In this document: one piece after another, positions 16,775 to 30,993 of the stretch
Position numbering within the stretch: the stretch's first letter is position 1
How the letters are laid out: every line of letters starts with the position of its first letter
NCBI RefSeq assembly: GCF_009914755.1
Contig: NC_060930.1
Origin: the human T2T-CHM13v2.0 reference genome, Homo sapiens
Strand: one strand, 5' to 3'
DNA: 64,000 bases
Made by a program: the position numbers and the translations under genes
Notes under the pieces: generated by a model
The model's input: the letters and a program-made list of their open reading frames with translations, nothing else
Told to the model about the DNA's origin: nothing
Databases searched by the model: none

Positions 16775-17000
16775 TAGTTAAATCACAGACTTTGGAATTA
16801 ATCAGGCTTGGGCTCAAATCCCAGCTCAGCTACTTACTAGCTATATGACCTTTTGCAAATTACCCTCTAAACTTCAGTTTCTTCATCAGTAAGTATAAGG
16901 CCTAACAAATTCGTAGAGAAGATTAAATGAGATTATGTATGCAGAGCCCTTGGCTAGGTCCTTACCCTTAGTAAGCCCCAGCAAATGTTAGTCATTATTT
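16775..17000 (+). mobile_element. MIR
   Basis: 'ggctcaaatcccagctcagctacttactagctatatgacctt...cttcagtttcttcatc'. Confidence 0.75.
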
Positions 17001-17269
17001 TAATACTTTATTACATGTCTTTTTACCCTACTACAATAGTGTGCCTGGGGATTGGGGCTGGGCTGGGCTTGATTTTAAAGTTATAGAATAATATTGGAGG
17101 CTCTAAGCTAAAATTCTTACATACAATACCATAATTTCTGAAAAGACTTCACAGCTAATATAGTTTATATCAGTCATTTTACACCAAGATATACATATTG
17201 TTGTCACTGAAAATTATTCCCTAATAAATTTTTTACCATTTATATTTGAGCAACTTTATTGCAATATAA

Positions 17270-17375
17270 TTCAATAAACTTTTATTCATCATGTTCTCTG
17301 TGCCAAGCACTGCACTAAGAACTGGAAATACAAAGATCTGAAACACAGTCTGGCTTTAAGTTGCTTGGAACCCAG
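17270..17375 (-). mobile_element. L2 3' fragment
   Basis: 'ctctgtgccaagcactgcactaagaactggaaatacaaag'. Confidence 0.55.
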
Positions 17376-17399
17376 AAGTAACAACAAACTGCAAACAGC

Positions 17400-19070
<1,671 letters not shown>

Positions 19071-21508
19071 TATGTTCAAAAAACCTCCGCACAGAAAAAC
19101 AGATCCTCGATAAATACGTGCAGACTGTTTTCTCCCCACTACCGTCTGTTTTGCAAAGCTTTTTCTGAAAATAAGTATCAGTTTGACACGATAGGGGATA
19201 TTAAGGTCAGATGATTGCTTCATTATTTACTTTAATATTGATGCTTGCCTCTGATCTTCAGTTGGCTGTCCTTAACAAGCAAAACCTATAGTCACTTTAA
19301 ATACCTTAAAATGTGATTTACTGTAACTCTCTTGTAACTAAAACTGCAGACATTTAAAAGTCAATATAATTAGAAAGTTGCTTTCTGTGTATAAGTTGTA
19401 TTTTCACAATTAGTGTCCCCAGTGTGCCCCACTTTGGGGCAGATCAAATTATACTACAATGTGGGTGTATTTTCCTTAAAATATTTTTTTCATTTGGAAA
19501 AGACAACTCAAAATATTATGCATATATTTTAAATTCTCTTTTCAGAAAGAAGAAAACAATGCCTCCCACTACTCCACCCAGCAGTCTCCCTCCCACCCCC
19601 TGGGGCCATGGTTACAAAATTTGAAGAAATTTTCCATTTCCAGTTTGGATGCCAGATTAATTCATTCCTCTGTTGAAGGATTCCAGGAGCTCCAGCTTGG
19701 CTCCTGGTCAATTCGAGGACACTGGGAAGGTAAGGGTCAGAACCAGGCCTAACCTAATGAAGCACGTGTCCTCTTTAGTAGGCTCAGAATGACCTGGTCC
19801 CTAGGCTCACTTGAAGATAACTAGGCTTCTCTGAGAATCCTGTGAACCTAACATCACTCGAATTTAGTATATGTGAGACTCATTTACTCCTAGATTCAAT
19901 GCTCAGAGGGTTGGGTGGATTCAGATTGCCTTCAGAAAATGAGTTAAAGATCATGGAATACATTCGCTTTAGAATTAGCAGGGATGAAAGGGAAAAAAGA
20001 ACAGGCTTAACAGCATCAGGTAAAATTCAAGTATAACAAACCTGTGAATCTGACAAATCATTTCATGAGAGGGTAATTTTATGGAAACAAATATAGTCCT
20101 GGAAACAATGTTCACAATCTCAAGGACCTGGGGAGAGAAGAAAACTAACAACAGGAATAAATTATACATTAGGGAAACAAACACAGTTGATGGGAAAGGA
20201 AGGTTTCACCTTCAGACAGCTCTCCCCATTTTGTTTCTTTCTAATTCCAGCTCCAGATCCTTTTTGGTATGTGCATTCTTGTCTTGGTGAATTGTTTGGA
20301 GATTTATTATTATAATAATTATAATTTCCTTGTGGGGATGGTTAGAATATTTGTTGGGGAAAAAGAAAAAGAAAGTTGAAAAATTGTTACTACTTAATGG
20401 CAGGACATAATGTCTGTTAAATTCTATGTTGCAATCACTTTTTCAGTCTTTCTCCCCAATGCCAACTGCCTACAATTAGTTAACTTTATTATACAGACTA
20501 GCAGGCGCGTGGAAGGAGACTAATAAAAATATTTGTTGAGTTTATTATCGAGAAAATGCTTCAACTACTTTCCAAAAAGCACTGTTATCATAGACCAGTG
20601 TCTGTCAGGTCATATAAACAGCTCTGCTACGAAGCATGTTTTCTTTTGAAGGGATTTATTGTCATGCAACTTTATACTTTGGAGAAAAACACAGATTTAT
20701 CAGTAAAGAATATGAGTGTGAAGCTTGCAACTTGCTATCCAGAAGAAATCGTTAAAGAGATATCTTTAAATGTATTCAAATGAGATTGGTTTCCATAGAA
20801 TGAAGGAAAATGTACAAATCAACAATTTATGAGCATTTTTAAATCTTTTATTTCTTGAAACTGATAATTAGAAGAAAACCCAAATTTAAGACCTTCACTA
20901 ATTTTATTGAACATTTATTCAAAATCTTATAAAACATCTTTTATATGTGAAGACAGATAGATAGACGTCACTTTAACGGCTATTGTTGAGAATTCAAGAA
21001 TGCAGAAAACAATTCTTATAAGTCATGTATCAAGTAGTAGGTCCATTTTTTTGTTTTATTTTTAGTTGGGCCTAGTAGTTATTCTTTTCTTTCTTGAATA
21101 GTGCCGCTACCTGCCTAAGAATCACAGCTCACTTCCAAGACAGCCATTTCAATGGTGGAAAAGGATTAACAATAACAGATTAATCAATCCCAGGAGAATT
21201 TTCTCATTATCCCCAAGGGATGTATTCCTGTACTCTGAGGCAATAAATCCAATTGTAGTGGGGCCATATCTACCCATTGCCCTTACTTAATGGTTATAAT
21301 GCTTTTGACACAATTACTGTTACTAACTTGATGTGTCTTTATCTTTGCAGTACTAAGAAAATAATGCAACATCAACTGAACATAAAACCCCATTGCTTTC
21401 GTTAGAGAAATAAAAGATAACAGCATACTTGAATGGGTAGACTTACCTCTAGAAAGGGAAAATTTCTGTTTTCTGTGGAACTTCAGAGGCACTTTTCTTG
21501 TGGGTTAA

Positions 21509-21523
21509 CCACTAGAGGGCATC
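21509..21523 (+). promoter_or_regulatory. Candidate CTCF core motif
   Basis: CCACTAGAGGGCATC matches the CCACYAGRGGGC core and lies in non-repeat DNA. Confidence 0.55.
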
Positions 21524-22194
21524 ATGAGGCTATATACTTAACACTTGGAATATTGATTACTCGAATTAATTATTCTTAAAACACTGTTCTTCATGTTCAC
21601 AATTCTCATTTAAATGAATAAAAATGGAGGTGTAAAAATCATTTGTCTTCAATTTAATGTGCATTAGGAATATTCAGCAGAAATGCGACAGAGACTAAAA
21701 CTCCAAGTTACCAGGTCCGTTGAATCACACACCAAGAGAATTCATCTAATTAAAGGGTGGATATGGCTAACAGAAAATGGGATGCTTCAACATGATTCTG
21801 GAAGCAAAGTAAATACCTTAGAAATTTATTATCTATTCAATCATTTTTTTCATCATAAGCATTATGAGCCAAGGACCAACATTCAACTAATTGCCACTCT
21901 GGAGACAGCCATTTTCAAAGTTCAAACTGTACTTCTCAGAAAATGGAACAGGGTGATTGCTACTTCTTGCTATAAGATCTCTGGATTTCAGCTCATGCTT
22001 CATCTCTAACCTGCCAGTTTGGGTGCTTCCTTGACTTCTTTCCTGAAAATATTTGGCAAAAGATGGCCAGGCCATGTTGCCTTTTGTGATACAAGAAGTG
22101 CCTTGACTTAAACAGGGGCTACAACAAAGTATTTGACCTATTATGTAATTTCTCAAGAAACCTGGCCTAATGTGGGTTTAACTATTATTTTAGT

Positions 22195-22852
22195 ATTTTT
22201 TAGTCAATACATTTTATCTTTTAGAGAAGTTTTAGGTTCACAGCAACATTGAGTGGAATGCGCTGAGTTTCCATATACCTCTGTCCCTGGCCCCTTCCCC
22301 CATAACCTCCCCGACTACTGACATCCTGCAGCAGTGGTATATTTGTTACTATTAATGAACCTGTATTGACACATCAGTGTCACCCAAAGTTCATCATTTA
22401 CATTCGGGTTCACTCTTGGTGAAACTAAGGGTTTTGACAAATGTGTATCCACCTTTGCAGTACCATACATGCCCTAAAAATCCTCTATATTCCCCCCATT
22501 GACCCCTCCCTCTGCAGTAACTGCTGGCAATCACTGATCTTTTCACTGTCTCCATAGTTTTGCTTTTTCCAAAATGTCATATAGTTGAAATCATACAGTA
22601 CATAGCCTTTTGAGATTGGCTTTTACTTATTAATAGGCATTTGTTTCCTCCGTGTCTTTTCATGGCGTGATAGCTCATTTCTTTTTAGTGTTGAATAATG
22701 TTTCATTTCTTAGGTATAAAACAGTTTGTTTATCCATTCACCTACTGAGGGACATCTTGATTGCTTTCAAGTTTTGACAATTATAAATAAGCTGCTATAA
22801 ACATCCACGTGCAGGTTTTTGAATGAATGTAAGTTTTCAAGTCATTTGGGTA
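22195..22852 (-). mobile_element. L1MC-type 3' fragment
   Basis: 'ttttaggttcacagc...gagtttccatatacc...ggtatatttgttac...aatgaacc...cacccaaag' and 'aaatgtcatatagttgaaatcatacagta'. Confidence 0.8.
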
Positions 22853-23085
22853 TTGTTTTATTTTTAGCTTATCTGAGCTCTTGAGGGAAGAGAACAATGC
22901 TTCCTTAGAGTTAACTAAGGTTTAGCCTTTCTTTTGGCTTATGGAGAGCCATGCAGCGTTAGGACTGAAAGGAAATTTGGTGGCCTAATCCACTCATTCT
23001 ACTTTAGGAAACTGAGGCACATACACATGGACTAGTTGTTATTCTATCCTTTATAAAAGCCTAGCCTTCCTGGATTTTGTTTTTT

Positions 23086-23086
<1 letters not shown>

Positions 23087-23146
<60 letters not shown>
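23087..23146. repeat. (GT)30 perfect microsatellite
   Basis: 60 bp of uninterrupted GT. Confidence 0.97.
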
Positions 23147-23153
<7 letters not shown>

Positions 23154-24109
23154 CAGATGTCACATTAGTTCTTGAATGACTAGTAAATTTTAAAGATCTT
23201 TTGCCCATTGGGTTCAGTCTCAGATTTTGCCATTAACTTTTTGATACAAACCATATAAGCATGAAAAAAATCCAGCGAATAATTTTTAAAATGCAAAGTT
23301 TGGAATGAGAAGGGGCATGGAGAAGAAACATGGTCACCTGGGTTAGCAAGCTGTCCTGAATTGGTAGTTTTAACTCAATACCGCTGAAGACAATTCTCAT
23401 CTTGCTGATGACCCAGGCTACTCTGCCCCAAACAATCCTCAAAGCAGGGTACTGGCTTCCCATCTGGAAAATCAGACACAGTAGTATAACTGGATGCTAA
23501 ATGAGACCTCTCCTGTTACCTTCCTTTCAGCTGAGGTCCCAAAGCTGAGAATCATAGGTGATAACTACTCCCATGTTCTAAAGAGAGATGTTAAACCATC
23601 TCTTCAAAGCTTACCAAGGAGGTGGCCCTTACCTCAGTCTGATCAGACGAGGAAGAGAGTGAGTATTACTTTGAAGAGCCCTGTTAGAGGAGAGGGAGGT
23701 GCTCCCCCTAATTCAAAACAAATGAAGGGGGCCTTTACAAAAACCATTTGTAGACGGTGTGGGTCTTGCCAGGAGAGAATACTGACATCGCACCGCACTC
23801 ATACACCTCCCATCTTCTCCCACAACCCTCTCTAAACAGAGGTCCAGAGCAGAGCCTGGTTGGTTACATAATTCTTGGGAAAATTTGGCCTGCGTTTTCT
23901 GGAACGTGGAGACTAGTGTTTAATTCTTACTGGAAGAGTCCGAGTCTCAAGAATAGAAGAAGTCTTTGTGGGTGTCCCGTCAGTTGCAAGAGCTGGGCTG
24001 CATGGCAAGCAATCGGACAAAGGAATATAACCTGCCCTAGGGAATAGCAATGTTGGAGGTTGTCTTGGGAGGAAGGGAGTGGTCTCATCAAGAACCCCCA
24101 AAAGCACCT

Positions 24110-25757
24110 ACATTACTTAATACAGGGGCTTACAAAATCTTAGGGAGAGCTAAAGGAGCAAGCCTCCCAGAATCACTCACAGAGTGATACAGAACTGACC
24201 CACTGGGAGACTTCGTACCTCTGAGGCTACCTCTTGAGTTAGAAGCTGAAGCCATATCCACCACTACTTCTCTCCATATGGGAACATGGCAGGTGGACAC
24301 AGGAACAACAGAATGGTACATTTGTTACAACTGATGAACCTATATCAATATATAATTACCACCCAAAACTTCATGGTTCCATCATCTCACTTGTTAGAAA
24401 CCATAGTCTGACAATACCATTCAGGACAAAGGCATGGGCAAAGATTTCATGACAAAATCACCAAAAGCAATTGCAACAAAAGGAAAAATTGACAAATGCT
24501 ATCTAATTAATCTAAAGAGCTTCTGCACAGTGAAAGAAACTATCATCAAAGCAAACAGGCAACCTACAGAGCAGGAGAAAATTTTTGCAACCTATTCATC
24601 TGACAAAGGTCTAATATTCCTGAATATTTAGGAACTTAAACAAATTTGCAAGAAAAAAACAACCGCATTAAAAAGTGGGAAAAGAACATGAACAGACACT
24701 TCACAAAAGAAGACATTCATGCAGCCGAAAAACATATGAATAAAAACTCAACATCACTGATCATTAGAGAAATGCAAATCAAAACCACAACAAGATACCA
24801 TCTCATGCCAGTCAGAATATCAATTATTAAAAAGTCAAGAAACAACAGATGCTGGCAAGGTTGTGGAGAAATAGGAACACTTCTACACTGTGGCTGGGAA
24901 TGTAAATTAGTTCAACTATTGTGGAAGACAGTGTGGTGATTCCTCAAAGATCTAGAACCAGAAATACCATTTGACCCAGTAATCTCATTACTGGGTATAT
25001 ACTCAAAGGAATATAAATCATTCTGTTACAAAGATACATGCATGCATACATATGTTTATTGCAGCACTATTTACAATAGCAAAGACATGGAATCAACCCA
25101 AATGCCCATCAATGATAGACTGGATAAAGAAAATGTGGTACATATACACCATGGAATACTATGCGGCCATAAAAAGGAATGAGATCATGTCCTTTGCAGG
25201 GACATGGATAGAGCTGGAAACCATTACTCTCAGCAAAACTAACACAGGAACAGAAAACCAAACACCGCATGTTCTCATTTATAAGTGGAAGCTGAACAAT
25301 GAGAACACATGGACACAGGGAGGGGAACAACACACACTGGGGCCTGTTGCTGGGTGGAGTTTGGGGAGGGGGAACATTAGGAAAAATAGCTAATGCACGC
25401 TGGGCTTAATACCTAGGTGATGGGTTGATAGCTGTGGCAAACCACCATGGCTCACGTTTACCTATGTAACAAACCTGCACTTCCTGCACATGTACCCCAG
25501 AACTAAAAATAAAAATTTAAAGAAAAACAAAAGAAATCATAGCCTGAAGCCTCAGGAAGATGACCTCTACCTCATTCCTGCCTTCCAAATCTCCTAGTAA
25601 GTGAATCTAAGGGACACAAATTCACATCTATTTAATAGAAACCTATCTGCAAAGCAGTCTAGGAAGTGTAGTTTTCATCTGTTCAATCTCTTTTAGTAAA
25701 AGTAAGGTAGGAACAGGCTTAGTGGGTGATTCGGATTTCCCAACACAGCACCCCACA
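24110..25757. mobile_element. Old MLT1-type LTR split by an L1PA insertion
   Basis: Right part 'ccttccaaatctc...acctatctgcaaagcagtctaggaagtgtagtttt...caccccaca' is MLT1-like; left part degenerate. Confidence 0.45.
24412..25531 (+). mobile_element. 5'-truncated L1PA10-13-type LINE-1
   Basis: Frameshifted ORF2 C-terminus (MGKDFMTK..., [10 protein letters not shown]); 3'UTR 'aaaatagctaatgcacgctgggcttaatacctaggtgatggg'; TSD agaaaccatagtctga (24396-24411) / agaaatcatagcctga (25532-25547). Confidence 0.92.
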
Positions 25758-26613
25758 AGAGAAAGGACCCATAATTGGGTTCCTGCTACAATGAGGGCCT
25801 CATTGCCAGATAACAGCAGCATTGGCCAAGTAAGAAACATTTTCCCTCTTTTCTCACCTCATTTCCCACCCCCCTTGTCTCTACTCTGGAGGACCTACAG
25901 TAGAACATAGCTGGAAGTATCACAAAGGTAGTGCAAAAATATTACAGAGACCATGTCCATTTCTTGTACCACAGGTTTCTGAGACTGTGTCAGGCCTGAG
26001 TGGTATGGAGGGGTGAAAGCTTTGAATTGACATGAAATCAGGGTTTTGATACATTAGACATTTTATTTGCTGAAAACATAACTGGTCATTAATATCAGAA
26101 GGCAAGGGTGATATTTGGTATGTTCTCCAGCTAGGATAGCACAGGTAGTGGCCAATCAGAATGTACAATGGCCATAAGTAACTGGTATAACTGGACCTGA
26201 CATTGGCCCAGCCTGAAAGTACCTGGAACTGGTGAGGGATCTTCCAAAGATATTGTTTAGAGGAAGGAAAAAAAAAAATCTACCAGGAGAGAAGTAAAAG
26301 TTCAATGTGAGAAAAATGTAATGCTGTAATGCTGTTTTCTGCTTGCACCATACCATGTTCAGCTCATTTGATCAACTGTTTACAATAGATTTTTCACTTT
26401 GGTTAATTCCATTGTTCACTTATTGCTCCGTAGCATTCATGACTGGAGTTTAACAAAGGGCTACTGGACTTTTCCTTTTCGATTCTGAATTTAAAGAGTT
26501 GGGTTTATGCACTTCCCCTGGACTTATCTGCCATGTTACTCATTCCCCTTTCAGTCCTTTCAAGTGAACAACAGATTCAACAGGGGGAGTTTTGCTGGAT
26601 GTTTCTATCCTAA

Positions 26614-26936
<323 letters not shown>

Positions 26937-26991
26937 TGATGCAAGAGCTATAACTTAAAGGGGAATGGTAGATGGTTATAAGAACAGGGTA

Positions 26992-27378
<387 letters not shown>

Positions 27379-28578
27379 TCACTCCCAAAGGTAACAACTT
27401 GACCTTATATCCAGTCTGTTGAGCCTGGCATTTTAATATATTAATCTCTTTGTAAAATATCTCTAAAGACCATTCGTTCTGAAACGTTTGCAACTTCATG
27501 ACTGTATGTAATATACTTATTTTTGCAAGTGAGGGTCATGCAGCAGTATATTAAAAAGTAATAAGCTCTCAAAAGCTTCAAATTTATTAAGCAAAGTAAT
27601 TAAATTTGTTTTAGAATATGGCCAATCCCATTGTCACTGAATTAGGGGATATTATATCAGTGTAAATGTTGGGGCTGGGGATTCTCCCTGTGGCTGTGTT
27701 ACTGCTATACTACTAGATCCCAGTGGTTTTTAGATGGTCATGGTTAATGAGTCACTTTGCAAAACTATACACTCTAATATCGTTGGTCAAATTGATTCTA
27801 TTCTCTGACTGAAATGATGCATCCACTGTCTTTATTGTGGGGGTCCATGCAGAGTGTCACGATGAGCACTGTCTACTTGTTTCCCAATATCAGTATTTTA
27901 GGGTAAGAGGGAAGAGGGACAACATTAATTTATTAAGGACAACTGAAAGCACCTGCTTTTGATGAAGACTTTCAAGAAATATTCCACAATTAGCTGTAAG
28001 AAAAGTTCTAAAAATAAATCTATTTATCTTTGTCCTCCCTCTGAATGCAGCCTCACACTCACCAAGAAAACATTTCTGCTCTTTGTAAAGTCAACCCTGT
28101 ATTTTATGGTTCCTTCTATTTTGTTTTAAAATTGTTGTCTGTTTTGAATCACAAAACCAAAGACTTAGCTGCTTCTTTTGTCATTATGTTAGCTTTCTTC
28201 CAAATTCTGACCCCATTTTTTATTTTGTTAAGCAGAATGGCTATACTAGCAAGCATTTGGAAGAATACCCTAAAAGAAATAAAAGGGAATATGCATCAAT
28301 ATTCAGGAAGACAACTGACTTAATAACCAAAATTTATCTTCAAATCGCTCCAGGTTCAATGATGATTTAATATACAATCATATTATATTTTTATTTATTA
28401 AAGAAACAAATCCATTCTCATCTGATATAAACCTGGGTTTTCAGATTGACACTGAACCTACACATCAGATACATTCAGCAAGTACAATGCCTGTGATGGC
28501 TCCAAGCATCAAGGTCATTTGTACTAACTCTTGCATAATTATGCCCCATCATGGGGTGTATTAGGTCTTAATTCTTAC

Positions 28579-28626
28579 CTCGTGCTTATCATTAGAAGAG
28601 ACAAGCTTCCATCATTCTGTCTCCTC
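28579..28626 (-). other. Candidate 48-nt exon of an unidentified minus-strand transcript
   Basis: Minus strand reads cttttatttctacttag|GAGGAG...GCACGAG|gtaaga, i.e. a strong acceptor and donor in unique DNA. Confidence 0.3.
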
Positions 28627-28867
28627 CTAAGTAGAAATAAAAGACTCAGGTGTGGAGGCCAATAAGGAGATTTCCCTCTAAGAAACAGTGAGGTTCTTGC
28701 CTGAGGCAAGATGTTTGAAATGTACCATATAAAACTCCTCTTTCTGTTCCCAAATAGGCTTCATATGCCAGTGAAGATGGAAATGGAGCACTGTTAAAAT
28801 TAAAGACAGTTTTGCCTTTCAACACAACAGATGAGGAGCTGACTCATCCCAAACACCCTAATCAGTG

Positions 28868-28907
<40 letters not shown>
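28868..28907. repeat. (CT)n microsatellite
   Basis: About 40 bp CT run. Confidence 0.9.
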
Positions 28908-28909
<2 letters not shown>

Positions 28910-30430
28910 AAAACCTGGCTTTGAGATGGATTTTCCATGGTGAGAGTTGCAGAACTGAGCCCGGGAGCTACAACTCATCATGGCTTCTGCAGTTCCACAG
29001 ATAGATGTGTGGACTAGAGATAAGACATGAGAACCCTAAGGAGGTGAAAATAACAACAAGAGCAAACCAAACTGGGACAACTCCAGCAGATCAAGGCCAT
29101 GCTATTATGACAGTTAGATTTAGATCCATGATGCCACTACGGGAAATCTACAGTCTGAGTGTCGCCCAGACCCGTGAAGTCTCCTGGGGCAATGCTCAGA
29201 ATAGGGCCTTTATTCCCTGGTGCGTGCAGTGTCGTTTGTGAAAGCTCCGCCCACAAAGCCATCAGATGGTAACAATTTTCAGTCACTTCCAACTTGAGTT
29301 GGTTTTGAACTTTAATATGCAACCTAATTATGACTGCAAACACTTTGTTAAGCAAACAAACTTCAAACCCTTTTTAAAAAACAGCTCTTCTCTGGTCATT
29401 TCATCTTGTACAAAGGCTTTAAAAATAAAACTGTGTGGGGAATTAGGGAATCCAGGGATGAAAAAAAACGACACAAAATTAAATGTCTTTAATGTAATCA
29501 CCACTTAAGTATTGAGTATCTGAACGTTTTCTTTCTAATCAAAACTTGGAAAATAAAGGATCCTATACTCTATTTTCTCTCTTTAGCCATTCAGCTTCTA
29601 CCCCAAAATCACAAATAACATTTTCTCTTACTTTAAAATAGAGAAATAAAACTTTTAAATTTGTTCTCAGTTTTCTTTTGCTTACTAACCTCTTCTGATT
29701 CTGAAATATCCAGCAGATTTGAGGTTTCTGTTCTCTCTTGTTTTCTCCTCCCCTTGAGATTTTCTCACAGTAACATTTCTTTTCATTTTTTGAGAAATGG
29801 GATCATTACATAGCAGATGGACATCAATGAATATCCACCTCTGAGGGCAAAACAAGGGCAACCTGGCAGATCTGCAGTGGAAGGAGATGCTGGGAGTGGC
29901 TAGACCCTGAAATAAGTCACCTAAAGAGACTACAGCTGCCTCATCTACAGATTCCACAGGGTCTGCGTTCCTCCCTGTCTTTAGGCGTTGATCCCTCCGA
30001 AGTTAAGTTCCCCACAGTCTTCTCAATTTACCTGTAGTCTTTGATAAACATCTTGAGTGTTTTACATTTTCCTTTGGAGAGAGGTCAGAGAATAGAACTC
30101 TGACTTCTACTTGTATTATTCAACAAATTTAAGAGGGAAAAGATATAATAGGTATTTTCTCCACATCTCTAAACACTGAGCTCTCCAACACCCTTCAGAA
30201 GGAAACTCTGACACCGCCCTTCTTTGAGAATCACCTAAGGTAAAGCCTAAAACCCGTGGTTTCAATAATCCATCTCTTCCCAGTTTTCATTTTCAAAAAA
30301 GAAATCACTTCACCGTTTTTGTGAAAGCAGAAAGATGTTGAAGCCAAAATATTGTGTATAATCAAGAATATCAGAAGACCACTCCCTCCTAGGAAAGCCT
30401 ACCTGCACTTAGGGTGCTGACTCTGATTTT

Positions 30431-30846
30431 GTGACAAATGATTTTTGTTGCCGACTAAATGGCTACCCCTCCCTGTGCCTTCTGCCCTCTGACAGTGAGA
30501 CGTAAGTATACTGGGAGCTCAGCAGAAGTGTTCGTTACCGACAATAAAAGACACACAAGAGGAAACAAACCTTTTGCCGCCTCTGGATGTTGCTGTCTGC
30601 GCTGAGGCTGAAAAAATAGCAGCCATCTTGGGGCCATGAAGGAATTCAGCTAAAAGACAAGCCAATTTACAGAGAGGACAGGTGGAGTGAATCTGGGACC
30701 TTGATGGTATCATTTCAACACTAAACTCAGCAAGTCTGGAGCCGCTCAACTTTCAGGTGTTTTGTTATGTGAGCTAAAAATGTTCCTTATTGCTTAGGCT
30801 ACTTGAAGTTGAGTTTTCTTTCTTTACAACCAAAAGCATCCTGATA
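30431..30846 (+). mobile_element. MLT1J/K/L-type solo LTR
   Basis: 'gcagccatcttggggccatgaagg', 'gttatgtgag...ccttattgcttagg...caaccaaaagcatcctgata'. Confidence 0.7.
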
Positions 30847-30868
30847 TTAGTGGTTGAGTTAAAACTTT

Positions 30869-30993
30869 GAAAACAGAGCAATGTGAACATTTATTTCCCT
30901 TTAAACTCTATTGGCAAAAATTCTTATTTTGACTTTGAATGCAAAGTGCCTTGCTATGTGGAGAGTAACCAGCGAATGCCACCATGCACCATC
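30869..30993 (+). repeat. 125-bp dispersed direct repeat, copy 1
   Basis: Ungapped match to 33839-33963 with 7 mismatches. Confidence 0.95.

Noticed and set aside
24314-24368. ~55-bp L1MC-like piece resembling 22335-22389
   Set aside because: Only ~76% identical, as expected for independent old copies of the same family, so not evidence of a local duplication.
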